Shown here one piece after another: positions 19,731 to 30,578 of a stretch of DNA of 64,000 bases (its first letter is position 1; the number at the start of each line of letters is the position of its first letter). The position numbers and the translations under genes were made by a program. The notes below the pieces were generated by a model that worked only from the letters and a program-made list of their open reading frames with translations, was not told the DNA's origin and made no database searches. This stretch comes from Sedimenticola sp. Lineage in GTDB: Bacteria > Pseudomonadota > Gammaproteobacteria > Chromatiales > Chromatiaceae. Location: the NCBI GenBank assembly GCA_040505915.1, contig JBEVXV010000863.1, positions 12,156-76,155 on the forward strand. The letters run 5' to 3'.

Positions 19731-19821
19731 CTCTCTATCTATTCAGCCTGTGAGACTCTTCTATATTGGCATTCACTCTCTCGTAGGTCTCTGGTATTCA
19801 GATATCAATCAAAACTAGAAA

Positions 19822-20538
19822 CTATTCAGAGCCAATCTCACAACTGTGGTCCTGCATCTGCATGGCTCGGTACATCAGCTCTGCCCGTAGCCAGTCCTCT
19901 TCATCGTCTATATCCTGCACTAGATGGCGTGGTAGTAGAATCGGTTCAACATACTGTGAAAATCCAGGAACATCCTGTAAAAGCGCCTCAATATCCCACC
20001 AGTAAAACTGACCTGCATCATGGTAAGCTGGCTCCAGGTCCTGGGAGCGATAGGGGATGAATGCTGGATAGAAGGGTTCTACCCCACCACCATCCAATAA
20101 TCTAAATGCCCGTTGAATAGGATAGGCAAAGCTTGTCATAGCAATCACGAGCCGTTTACCGGAGCCAAGTGCTTCCCAACCCTTTTGCACATATATGCTG
20201 CTTAAAAATGGAGATGTGGCATAGGCACAACAAACATAATCCGGGCGTTCCCCATAATCAACTAACCATTGAACTGCATGCTTAACCACGTCTGTTGTGC
20301 CGGTATAGTCATCTGCCAGATCGGATGGTCGCATGAAAGGCACTTCCGCACCCCACTCCAAGGCCACATCAGCAATCTCCTGATCATCAGTAGAGACAAT
20401 AATACGATCGAATAAGCCAGTCTCCTTAAGCACTCTAATTGGGTAGCTAATCATGGGGCGCCCCAGAAAACTCTTAATATTCTTGCGTGGAATTCGCTTA
20501 CTTCCTCCTCGTGCGGGAATAATGGCAACTGTTGTCAT
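19822..20538 (-). CDS. pseF: Pseudaminic acid cytidylyltransferase
   Basis: IIPARGGSKRIPRKN, RSQDLEPAYHDAGQFYW, VQDID. Confidence 0.94.
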   Translation of the reverse strand: MTTVAIIPARGGSKRIPRKNIKSFLGRPMISYPIRVLKETGLFDRIIVSTDDQEIADVALEWGAEVPFMRPSDLADDYTGTTDVVKHAVQWLVDYGERPDYVCCAYATSPFLSSIYVQKGWEALGSGKRLVIAMTSFAYPIQRAFRLLDGGGVEPFYPAFIPYRSQDLEPAYHDAGQFYWWDIEALLQDVPGFSQYVEPILLPRHLVQDIDDEEDWLRAELMYRAMQMQDHSCEIGSE

Positions 20539-20751
20539 GTAATACTCAATTGCTGTGGTTAGTTAGTCGGAGTTACTATTCTATATTTGAAGGCAGTGAA
20601 CATCAGGGCACTGCTTGCCGCACTTTCACCATTTAATGACAGGTATCGGCTAAAGATACTCAGCCTTAACCACAATCTTGACCGGTTTATAGAGAGGAAA
20701 CAAACTTGTGAAATTAGCTATCCACTAGGAACGCTTCATGTTCCGTTGTCT

Positions 20752-22940
<2,189 letters not shown>

Positions 22941-23254
22941 CTATACAACACACCCCTATACAGAATAAAGGAATTGCATGTCATGCTGACCAACAGGTCC
23001 GGAAATAGAGTAACTCAGGCTGTCCTGCTGAAGTATGATATGGCGCTGACTGAAGCCCGCAAATTGGCTAGCCGCAAACCAACAGATATGTGATTATCAC
23101 CTCTAGTATGAGCAATAGTATTACAGCCTCCCTGGCAATCATCTGTTACTTCATCAGTGGACTGATGGGAGTCCTAATTATTGCTGTTTCAGCAATATCA
23201 CCAGCGACGGCTACATTGTGAAATATTACCTCTCTGGGTAAAGTAGGCATTAGT

Positions 23255-23841
23255 ATGATGGAAAACAGCCCACCACCCTTCATTATGAACAGTTTTGGCG
23301 ACCATTTTATCTACAATATCAACCGCAATGACTTTGACCGTATAGGTACCGACCAAACCTTCAGAGCACACACATTACCAACACGATCACAAGCAGCCCC
23401 GACAGTCCAATATCCACTAAATTTCTGAAAAATCTATTTCCCGGAAAGAGCGTCGCTATACTCGCATGAGGCCCATCCCTGGAGGAGAACATCCCCTGGC
23501 TAGAGAACAACCGAGACAGCCTGGTAGTTATTGCTGTATCGCGGATTTGTCTCCGTCTTTACATATTAGGTGTTCAGCCTGATATCATTACCCATATTGA
23601 TCCTCAGGAGTTAGGATTTGACCTAGGAAAAGGATTCTGCCATAGCATCGGTAGAAAGAAACGAAAAAGCCCACCACAGATACACCGCAACCTTGATAAA
23701 ATCACTACCAATGATGGTAGTTCAGGATACACTACTCACGACGACTCTGAGGCTGCAGAGGTCCTTGATGAACAAGCACGCAACGAACTCGGCCATAGTA
23801 CCCATCTAATCAATCCATCACCCAATGAGTTGTGCAGGTAA
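23255..23841 (+). pseudogene. Decayed motility-associated factor (Maf/DUF115) paralogue
   Basis: Manual translation. Frame A from ATG 23255: MMENSPPPFIMNSFGDHFIYNINRNDFDRIG. Frame B: FLKNLFPGKSVAILA*GPSLEENIPWL...LVVIAVSRI...GVQPDIITHIDPQ, with an in-frame TGA at 23467 in the AGGPSL motif. Frameshift and large deletions are present. Confidence 0.8.
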
Positions 23842-23845
23842 AAAC

Positions 23846-25171
23846 ATGAATCATCAAGATCCCTTTGCTGCACCGGCAATCGACATCATCCGTTCACGTT
23901 GGCCGCATATCCAGCGTCAACTGAAGAGAGAACCGCTCTGGCAAGATATTCAGTTAATCACTGAAAAACCTCAGCCCTCCTTTGTCTGCAACGGCATACA
24001 GCTGGCAAGTGCCTACGACCCTGATGCCGAGGCGATACTACAGACATCCACCGTCCCCTCAAACCCAGAGACACTTCGAGTGTATGGCGTCGGCATGGGC
24101 TACCTCCCCCGCCTACTACTCGAGCGCTACCCTTCTCTCAAAACGCTGGAAGTGTACATCTTTAACGCATCACTCTTCTGGGAACTACTCAACTGGGTAG
24201 ACCAGTCGGACTGGTTGAGCGATGAGCGGGTAGTATTGAAACTACCTAGCAGTGATAGCAGACCACAACCTCCCTGGGTGGTCACACCCCCCTGCCTATG
24301 GCTGGCAGATGAGCGTGCGGGTGATCTGAGAAATCATCTACTGACAAAGATAAATGAGGAAAACATCAAGAATCTGTACAATAAAAGGGATCCCATTCTC
24401 AAACAGCACCTCCGGGACAACATCACCACTATTGAACAGGATGGGGATGTAGCTCAACTCTTCGGTACCCTGGTAAACGAGCCGCCCGAAGTGGTGGTGG
24501 CAGGTGCAGGCCCATCACTGGATAGATCGGCATCACTGATCGCTGCACGACAAGCCCAAGGCGCCCTACTCATTGCAGTCGATGCCGCCCTTAAACCCCT
24601 GCTACGTACCGGCGTCATACCGGACATCCTGATCACTATCGATCCACTCAGAGACGGTGTACTACCCAATTTCCAGGGTGACCTGAGATGCTTACACAAC
24701 GCAACATTGGTCTATTTTCCCGTTGTAGCCCCTGATGTCCTTAACGCCTGGCCCTATAAACGCATGACGGCCTACTCCAGTCATGAGTTCTATCGGGCGG
24801 TAAAAAGAGCGCATCCGAGAGGAGAACTCCACACCTTTGGTTCAGTGATACATCCGGCCATTGACTTGGCGGTAAAAATGGGAGCCTGCCGCATCACCCT
24901 GGCTGGCGCCGATTTCTCTTTTCCATCGGGAAAAACCCATGCTAAAGGCTTCCCCCATGGTAAACAGATGGATGAAAAAGAGCAGCAGCAGTCAGCGCAC
25001 TGTTGGGTGAAAAATGGCTATGGTGAAAAGGTGATTAGCAGTATCAATATGATCGGATACCAACAGGATCTGGAAAAATATATCAGCTTTCACCCGCTGG
25101 TTGAATTCATCAACCTGAGCAGGGAGGGTGCGGCTATTGCAGGCACCCGCTACCCCGAGGAGCAGTCGTGA
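23846..25171 (+). CDS. maf: Motility-associated factor (Maf/DUF115), putative flagellin glycosyltransferase
   Basis: VVVAGAGPSL, IAVDAAL, GVIPDILITIDP, GSVIHPAIDLA..MG..I.LAGADF; lies between the pse genes and fliT/S/D/C. Confidence 0.88.
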   Translation: MNHQDPFAAPAIDIIRSRWPHIQRQLKREPLWQDIQLITEKPQPSFVCNGIQLASAYDPDAEAILQTSTVPSNPETLRVYGVGMGYLPRLLLERYPSLKTLEVYIFNASLFWELLNWVDQSDWLSDERVVLKLPSSDSRPQPPWVVTPPCLWLADERAGDLRNHLLTKINEENIKNLYNKRDPILKQHLRDNITTIEQDGDVAQLFGTLVNEPPEVVVAGAGPSLDRSASLIAARQAQGALLIAVDAALKPLLRTGVIPDILITIDPLRDGVLPNFQGDLRCLHNATLVYFPVVAPDVLNAWPYKRMTAYSSHEFYRAVKRAHPRGELHTFGSVIHPAIDLAVKMGACRITLAGADFSFPSGKTHAKGFPHGKQMDEKEQQQSAHCWVKNGYGEKVISSINMIGYQQDLEKYISFHPLVEFINLSREGAAIAGTRYPEEQS

Positions 25172-25422
25172 CCCCAGAGTATCAGCAACAGATGAGTGAG
25201 TGTGTCATCGCCCTTCGTACCGGTAAACTGGGAACGGCAACCGGGAAGCTGATTGAGATTATCGATCAAACGCTACCACTTCTAGGACAGAACAGTGGAG
25301 TGCCGGGCAGCCGAATACAACAACTGATCAACACAGCGCTACTCAGTCTTGAAAGAAATGACCTGATTGGCCTGGCGGATATTCTTGAATTCGAGCTTTC
25401 ACCACTACTCTCTGCGGCGTGA
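25168..25422 (+). CDS. Small helical hypothetical protein coupled to maf
   Basis: GTGA overlap with the maf stop; C-terminal LADILEFELSPLL. Confidence 0.7.
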   Translation: MTPEYQQQMSECVIALRTGKLGTATGKLIEIIDQTLPLLGQNSGVPGSRIQQLINTALLSLERNDLIGLADILEFELSPLLSAA

Positions 25423-25554
25423 TCCTTTGCCATCCATATCGCAGGAGTCAAACCGTCCGACTGCATTGACTTCAGCCACCTTCATCACACGATTTAACTC
25501 CGACCCCAGGATGATCAACTTCTCCACGGCAACACACGGACGGGGGAATAGAAC

Positions 25555-25878
25555 TCAGGGACATTTACTATAAGCTTCGGCCCCCGCCCTTTTGCGACGA
25601 AGCCCTTTGAAATCATCCATCAGCTGTTGCTTGGCAGCTATTGCCAACTGCTGAATCTGTTTATTGAGAGAGATCATCTCGCTCATGATCTCTGTTGCCT
25701 GCCGATGATCGTCGGCAGGATTATCTTGTTCGACCCAGGCCTCCACGAGCTGGCGCCGCTCCACATCCATCACCTGCAACTGATCCCAGCCACCCTCTTT
25801 GGCAAGCCTTAACATGGCGAGGGTAAGCTCAAGCGCCTTGTTCATATCATTGATTTGATTGAATGCCTGACTGGACAT
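25555..25878 (-). CDS. fliT: Flagellar chaperone FliT
   Basis: MLRLAKEGGWDQL...ERRQL, AY near the C-terminus; directly downstream of fliS. Confidence 0.8.
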   Translation of the reverse strand: MSSQAFNQINDMNKALELTLAMLRLAKEGGWDQLQVMDVERRQLVEAWVEQDNPADDHRQATEIMSEMISLNKQIQQLAIAAKQQLMDDFKGLRRKRAGAEAYSKCP

Positions 25879-25884
25879 TGAAAA

Positions 25885-26325
25885 CTACTTCTCAGCGACA
25901 GAGACCGCCTCATCTATGTTGGGAGCATGGCGAATGTATTCCGGCATGGCATCCCACGCCTGCTTGATCTCCCGCAGAAGAGAGGCAACCTCATCAAGAG
26001 CACCCACATCATCGGCTAGCCCCCCCTCCATCAAACGCTTATCCATATATTGGTAAAGCGCAAACAGGTTAGCTGCAATCTCTCCCCCCTTCTCGGCATC
26101 GAGACTGGAACAGAGGGCATCGATGATTGAAATTGCCCAGGTGATATTATCCTGCCTTACTTGAATATCTTTGCGTTCTATTGCACCTTTGGCGATAGCT
26201 ATCTTGTCCAGGGCACCCTCCATCAGCATCTGCACCAGTCGATGAGGCGTAGCATAACTCGCCTCACTGCCCGATGTCTGTGAGTACTTTGCGGAGGCAC
26301 CACGCTTACCGGCATACCCTGTCAT
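25885..26325 (-). CDS. fliS: Flagellin chaperone FliS
   Basis: ATPHRLVQMLMEGAL, GGEIAANLFALYQYM, IKQAWD. Confidence 0.95.
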   Translation of the reverse strand: MTGYAGKRGASAKYSQTSGSEASYATPHRLVQMLMEGALDKIAIAKGAIERKDIQVRQDNITWAISIIDALCSSLDAEKGGEIAANLFALYQYMDKRLMEGGLADDVGALDEVASLLREIKQAWDAMPEYIRHAPNIDEAVSVAEK

Positions 26326-26364
26326 AAGTCAATATCCTGAAATTTAAAAAGAGAAAAGCCTAGC

Positions 26365-27717
26365 CTAGCTGACGAATGTTGCCATCTGCTGCGTCAGGTA
26401 ACTGCTCATACCATCAAGGCTTAGAACGGTAGAGTCAAGCTGGGCAAACTGCTTAACGATGCGGGCCTCGTAACTGTCCAGTTGATCTTCCAGCCTGGCC
26501 TTCACCAACTGCAGGAAGATCTTCCGATCCGCCAGCGCCGCTTCACGGCTACCGATAGCCCCATCGGAAGCCAAGAGGTCATCAGCATAGCTGTAGAGAC
26601 GAGTGGCAAAACCCTCTGTATCATCACTGAACAGCCCCGTCACATCTTCATGGTTGGTCGATAATATACTATCAAAAATAGCACTATCAAGTGACATCAC
26701 ACCACTGCGGTCCCGTGAGATACCAATCGCCGTCAGGGTACTGTAGTCACCTACCCCGGTAGCCGCCGTGTTCAGCACATGGTTGAGGCCACTGCGGATA
26801 AAACTAAGTGAGGAATCATTCGATAGATCACCTGCACGGGCATCGGTAATAGCACTCTGCAGTTCGTTGTATTTCTCAATAAACGTCTCTATCGATGACT
26901 TGATAGTCGCATTGTCCCGACTAATGGTGAGGGTTGAGGATCCGGCGGCCACCAGATTAATGGTAAGACCACTGATGGCACTCGTAACACTGTTGGAGGC
27001 ACTGGTGATATCGAAGCCGTCGAGAGTGATCTGAGCGTCCAACGCAGTTGTCACCGTCACCGCAGTGGTACTGACTTCGGCGTCCATATAGAAGAGTTTC
27101 GAAAGGCCGTCGTTGTCATCCAGCCCGCCGACACTGTCGCTGGTAAAGGCGGTGGTAAAACCGTTGACCACACCGGTACTATCCGACGTAAGAATAAGTC
27201 GGGAACCGCCATCCTCATTGATCACCGAGGCGGTAACATCGAGATCGGCAGTGTTATTGATGGCATCACGAATCCCATTTAGGGTGCTGTTTTCGGAGGT
27301 GATCGCGACATCGTAGTTAGTACCGTCAACGGTCAGGCGCAGGGTTCCGGTACCTCCAACATCGGTAGTGCCGTTAGTATAGACCGTCGATGCTGTCTTC
27401 TGGACAGTGGCAAGGTTGGTTACGGTCAGGGCGTAGTTGGAGGCTACCGCACCTCCCGTAGTCGATGCCGTGGCAACGGTAGTTGTGCTCGACTCCGCAG
27501 TAACCGGATTGAATGCCGACTGAAAACGCAATGCACTCAATGCTGTCTTGAATGAGGAGACGGCACTCTTGACACTACCGTAAGCACTGACTTCGGCATC
27601 GATCTCCGATTGTTGTGCCAGATTACGATCGAGTGGGCCGCGCTTGACGGCCATCATCTGGTCTATCACAGTCGACAGATCCATGCCGGAACCTACACCT
27701 GGGATGCCTATTGCCAT
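26365..27717 (-). CDS. fliD: Flagellar filament cap FliD
   Basis: GVGSGMD N-terminus, ASVINEDGGSRLILTS, QFAQLD C-terminus. Confidence 0.93.
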   Translation of the reverse strand: MAIGIPGVGSGMDLSTVIDQMMAVKRGPLDRNLAQQSEIDAEVSAYGSVKSAVSSFKTALSALRFQSAFNPVTAESSTTTVATASTTGGAVASNYALTVTNLATVQKTASTVYTNGTTDVGGTGTLRLTVDGTNYDVAITSENSTLNGIRDAINNTADLDVTASVINEDGGSRLILTSDSTGVVNGFTTAFTSDSVGGLDDNDGLSKLFYMDAEVSTTAVTVTTALDAQITLDGFDITSASNSVTSAISGLTINLVAAGSSTLTISRDNATIKSSIETFIEKYNELQSAITDARAGDLSNDSSLSFIRSGLNHVLNTAATGVGDYSTLTAIGISRDRSGVMSLDSAIFDSILSTNHEDVTGLFSDDTEGFATRLYSYADDLLASDGAIGSREAALADRKIFLQLVKARLEDQLDSYEARIVKQFAQLDSTVLSLDGMSSYLTQQMATFVS

Positions 27718-27768
27718 CTTTTCAGCTCCATCCGCACTCGCCTACCCAACCTTAACTAAAATGGGAGA

Positions 27769-28200
27769 TCACGCCTCATCGCTAAGGATAAGACCTGCTC
27801 CCGGTTTTCCAACCATCTCATGTATCCTCGCCACCAACGCGATCAACTCATCGGGTGGGTATTGACGGATAAGTTTCTGAGAGTCCGCATCGTAGACTCG
27901 AATCACCGGCCTGCCGGTCTCTTCACTGACACTGAACTGAACCTTTCTCCGAGCTGTCTGGACAAGGGCATTGGCCTCTGCAACCAGCTTCTTCAGAGAG
28001 TCGGAATCGTTCATCTCCTTGCTCGAATTTGCCGCCTGGGTTGACCTAGTGTTGGCTTGGTCAACTTCTGACTTCACCTTCACGCTCTCAACCTCAGCAG
28101 CCACGACAACTTCGGAGACATTTGCAGTCCTACCGGGTCGGCTCAAGTTTGTACGATTAGCCGGCAGCAGGTTGGCTTGATTAATGAGCTCAACTGCCAT
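27769..28200 (-). CDS. flaG: Flagellar protein FlaG
   Basis: VQFSVSEETGRPVIRVYD...IRQYPPDE; between fliC and fliD. Confidence 0.9.
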   Translation of the reverse strand: MAVELINQANLLPANRTNLSRPGRTANVSEVVVAAEVESVKVKSEVDQANTRSTQAANSSKEMNDSDSLKKLVAEANALVQTARRKVQFSVSEETGRPVIRVYDADSQKLIRQYPPDELIALVARIHEMVGKPGAGLILSDEA

Positions 28201-28231
28201 GACTTTAACCTCGCTACTCCTGTTTAGCTTC

Positions 28232-28255
28232 AGCCCCGGATGTTATTCCGGGGCT
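28232..28255 (-). terminator. Stem-loop directly after the fliC stop
   Basis: AGCCCCGGA-tgttat-TCCGGGGCT inverted repeat; no clear U-tract, so it may be a stability hairpin. Confidence 0.55.
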
Positions 28256-28262
28256 ACCCGAC

Positions 28263-29033
28263 CTAACCCAACAGCCCTAATGCAAGCTGCGGCATAGTGT
28301 TGGCCTGTGCCAACGCGGCGATACCTGCCTGCTGTACCACCTGGGAACTGGTCAGCCTGGCGGTCTCGCGAGCAATATCCGCATCCATGGTACGACCATA
28401 GGCCCCCCACTGGGCCTCCTCAAGAGCCATGACGGTACTCACCGCTTTCTCCGCAACACTCTCGTCACCACCGATCTTTGCCAGGGAGGAGTTAACGCCA
28501 TCGATCAATCCCTCAATGACAGTTACGGTAGAGCTGGAAGAGGCGGTCAGCGTGGGGGCAGCCTCACCAAAGCTGATGGTGTTACCTGTTGCGGGACCCG
28601 CCAGCGCATCGAAACTGCCAAAGGCATCAGCACCATTAAACATGGCACGAGCCGCTATCGCACCGAGTTCAGTACCCAGCGAGGTCATCTCTTCATCGAT
28701 ATAGCCCTTTTGTCCACTGGTGTAGGTACCACTCTCTTTCTGCAGGGCCAGTTCACGCATACGCTGCAGCAACTGGTTAGCCGTCTGCAGTGTTGCGTCC
28801 TGAACCTGGAGACGCGACATAGCATCACCCAGTGTCTGCTGGGCAACGGCCGCACCGCGGGCATGCATCTCGGCATATTGACCGATTGCCAGACCGGCCG
28901 CGTCATCTTTTGCCATGTTAATACGGAGACCGGAAGAGAGCCGTTGCACAGCGGTTTTCATATCGACCTGTGAACGATTGATATTGCGTCGTGCGGCGAG
29001 TGAGAATAGGTTAGTGTTGACTGTGACTGGCAT
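28263..29033 (-). CDS. fliC: Flagellin (short, 256 aa)
   Basis: RLSSGLRINMAKDDAAG, LQRMRELALQ, DADIARE...QQAGIAALAQAN; sigma28 promoter upstream. Confidence 0.93.
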   Translation of the reverse strand: MPVTVNTNLFSLAARRNINRSQVDMKTAVQRLSSGLRINMAKDDAAGLAIGQYAEMHARGAAVAQQTLGDAMSRLQVQDATLQTANQLLQRMRELALQKESGTYTSGQKGYIDEEMTSLGTELGAIAARAMFNGADAFGSFDALAGPATGNTISFGEAAPTLTASSSSTVTVIEGLIDGVNSSLAKIGGDESVAEKAVSTVMALEEAQWGAYGRTMDADIARETARLTSSQVVQQAGIAALAQANTMPQLALGLLG

Positions 29034-29167
29034 GATCGTATCCTCTTAAAGACCCCGTGCGCTTCACTTTACTGGTCGCCATCAAGGCGGGACGCCGCTC
29101 CAGGGTATTTGCATTTAGCGGATATATCTTCAATGGTATTCGATGATATTTACCGCTTCCAACCCTA

Positions 29168-29194
29168 TTATCGACTGAGGTGCATCTATCTTTA
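29168..29194 (-). promoter_or_regulatory. sigma28 (FliA) promoter of fliC
   Basis: Minus strand TAAA-N15-GTCGATAA versus consensus TAAA-N15-GCCGATAA. Confidence 0.8.
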
Positions 29195-29276
29195 GTAAAA
29201 ACTGAAAATAAAACCCGCTTCTCTGTATTAATAAGTTTACTTCTGAATAACAACTTTCCCTGGACTTTGAATCTAC

Positions 29277-29355
29277 TGTAGGAGCCCTGCCCTCGGGGCG
29301 ACGGATTTTTCAGGGGGTGAGCAACGTTCATCGCGGCGAGGAGGCCGCCCCTACA
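29277..29355. repeat. GTAG-type REP doublet (REPIN-like)
   Basis: TGTAGGAGCCC...TTCATCGCGGCGAGGAGGCCGCCCCTACA; homologous copy at 63763-63836. Confidence 0.75.
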
Positions 29356-29373
29356 ATAAGATCCGTGTTCGAT

Positions 29374-29600
29374 CACTGCTGTCCCGTTAACTCCCTCTCC
29401 TCTTTGGGGAGAGGGTTGGGGTGAGGGGGCCCTATAGATAAGTCGTTGATTTAATTCACCCTCACCCTGGCCCTCTCTCTCCTAGGGAGAGGACATATTC
29501 TATTGCAGTATGTCATGTTGCTGTTGATATATGCGCCCTAAAAAACACCTCCACACAAGGTGTTACTGCAACATACTACAAAATTAACGGGACAGCAGTG
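29374..29600. mobile_element. 227-bp MITE with 17-bp perfect terminal inverted repeats and a 9-bp target duplication
   Basis: CACTGCTGTCCCGTTAA (29374-29390)...TTAACGGGACAGCAGTG (29584-29600), flanked by GTGTTCGAT and GTGTTCAAT. Confidence 0.85.
29393..29492. repeat. Inverted pair of BoxC-like repeats inside the MITE
   Basis: CCCTCTCC..GGGGAGAGGGTTGGGGTGAGGG and CCCTCACCCTGGCCCTCTC..GGGAGAGG. Confidence 0.65.
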
Positions 29601-29670
29601 GTGTTCAATACTGAATAGTTACGTTTTTTCTAATTTACCTATTCACCTATTGGGTCAGCGGCGCCACACC

Positions 29671-30576
29671 TCAGCGGAGAAAGTTGAACAGCAACAGCCC
29701 CTGCATCTGGGAAAAGCTGGCCTGGGCCGCCTCAAGGGCTACCTTCTCTTTATTGAAGTTGGTGATCGCCTCCGCCAGATCCACATCTTCTATCTTTGAG
29801 CGGTTGCTCTCAAGGGTCAGAATGAACCCCTCGTTGAGGTCTCTCTGCTCATCAATCGCCCGCAGTTTGGAACCGGCGCTGGCGCGGGACTCTCCAAGCC
29901 GGGAGATGATCTGCCCAATATCACCCACCAGCGTTCCGGGACTGGCATCCGCCTCAAGTGCATCGGCAATTTGATCGATAGTGGAGAAGATATCCCGTAC
30001 CCCACCGGCCGCTGTTGGTACATCAATGAATGTATGAAAACCAGAGACGCTGTCGGCCAAAGTACGGTCCGCCGATATCCTGATCTCTCTCAAACCCATA
30101 TCGCCGTTAAAGGTGTAGCTTCCGGCACTGAAGGAGAAGGGCTCCACGGCTCCCTGATAGCCGGAGAAAAGGTATTCACCCGCACTATCGGTGGTGTTGG
30201 CCAGAGCGACCACACTGGTCAATAGATCCCTCACCTCCACGGCGATCATTCCACGCATGGTGCCGGCGTAGGTGCCGCTACTGCCTTGCAGGGCCAGCTC
30301 ATTGACCCGCTGCAGCAGGGAGGTGATACCTCCCAGTGTATTATCAACATGCTCCAGTCGCTGCTGTACTCTGTCGGCATTTTTCTGGTACTGCTCGACC
30401 GTACTGACGGCCCGGCTTAACTGAAGAACCTGGGTAGAGCCGGAAGGATCATCCGACGGTCGCAGAATCCTCCGCCCGGTGGTGATCTCCTCCTGGCTGC
30501 GGGACATCTTGACCTGCCCCTTGAGCATACCGTCAAGCCCCTGCTGATAGATCTGTCCTGTAGAGACTCTTAACAT
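29671..30576 (-). CDS. flgL: Hook-associated protein 3 FlgL
   Basis: TGRRILRPSDDP, GEYLFSG, IEDVDLAEA, LFNFL. Confidence 0.95.
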   Translation of the reverse strand: MLRVSTGQIYQQGLDGMLKGQVKMSRSQEEITTGRRILRPSDDPSGSTQVLQLSRAVSTVEQYQKNADRVQQRLEHVDNTLGGITSLLQRVNELALQGSSGTYAGTMRGMIAVEVRDLLTSVVALANTTDSAGEYLFSGYQGAVEPFSFSAGSYTFNGDMGLREIRISADRTLADSVSGFHTFIDVPTAAGGVRDIFSTIDQIADALEADASPGTLVGDIGQIISRLGESRASAGSKLRAIDEQRDLNEGFILTLESNRSKIEDVDLAEAITNFNKEKVALEAAQASFSQMQGLLLFNFLR

Positions 30577-30578
30577 AA

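Noticed and set aside
23467-23469. TGA in the maf-like frame as selenocysteine or programmed readthrough
   Set aside because: The position corresponds to Gly, and the region also has a frameshift and deletions, consistent with decay
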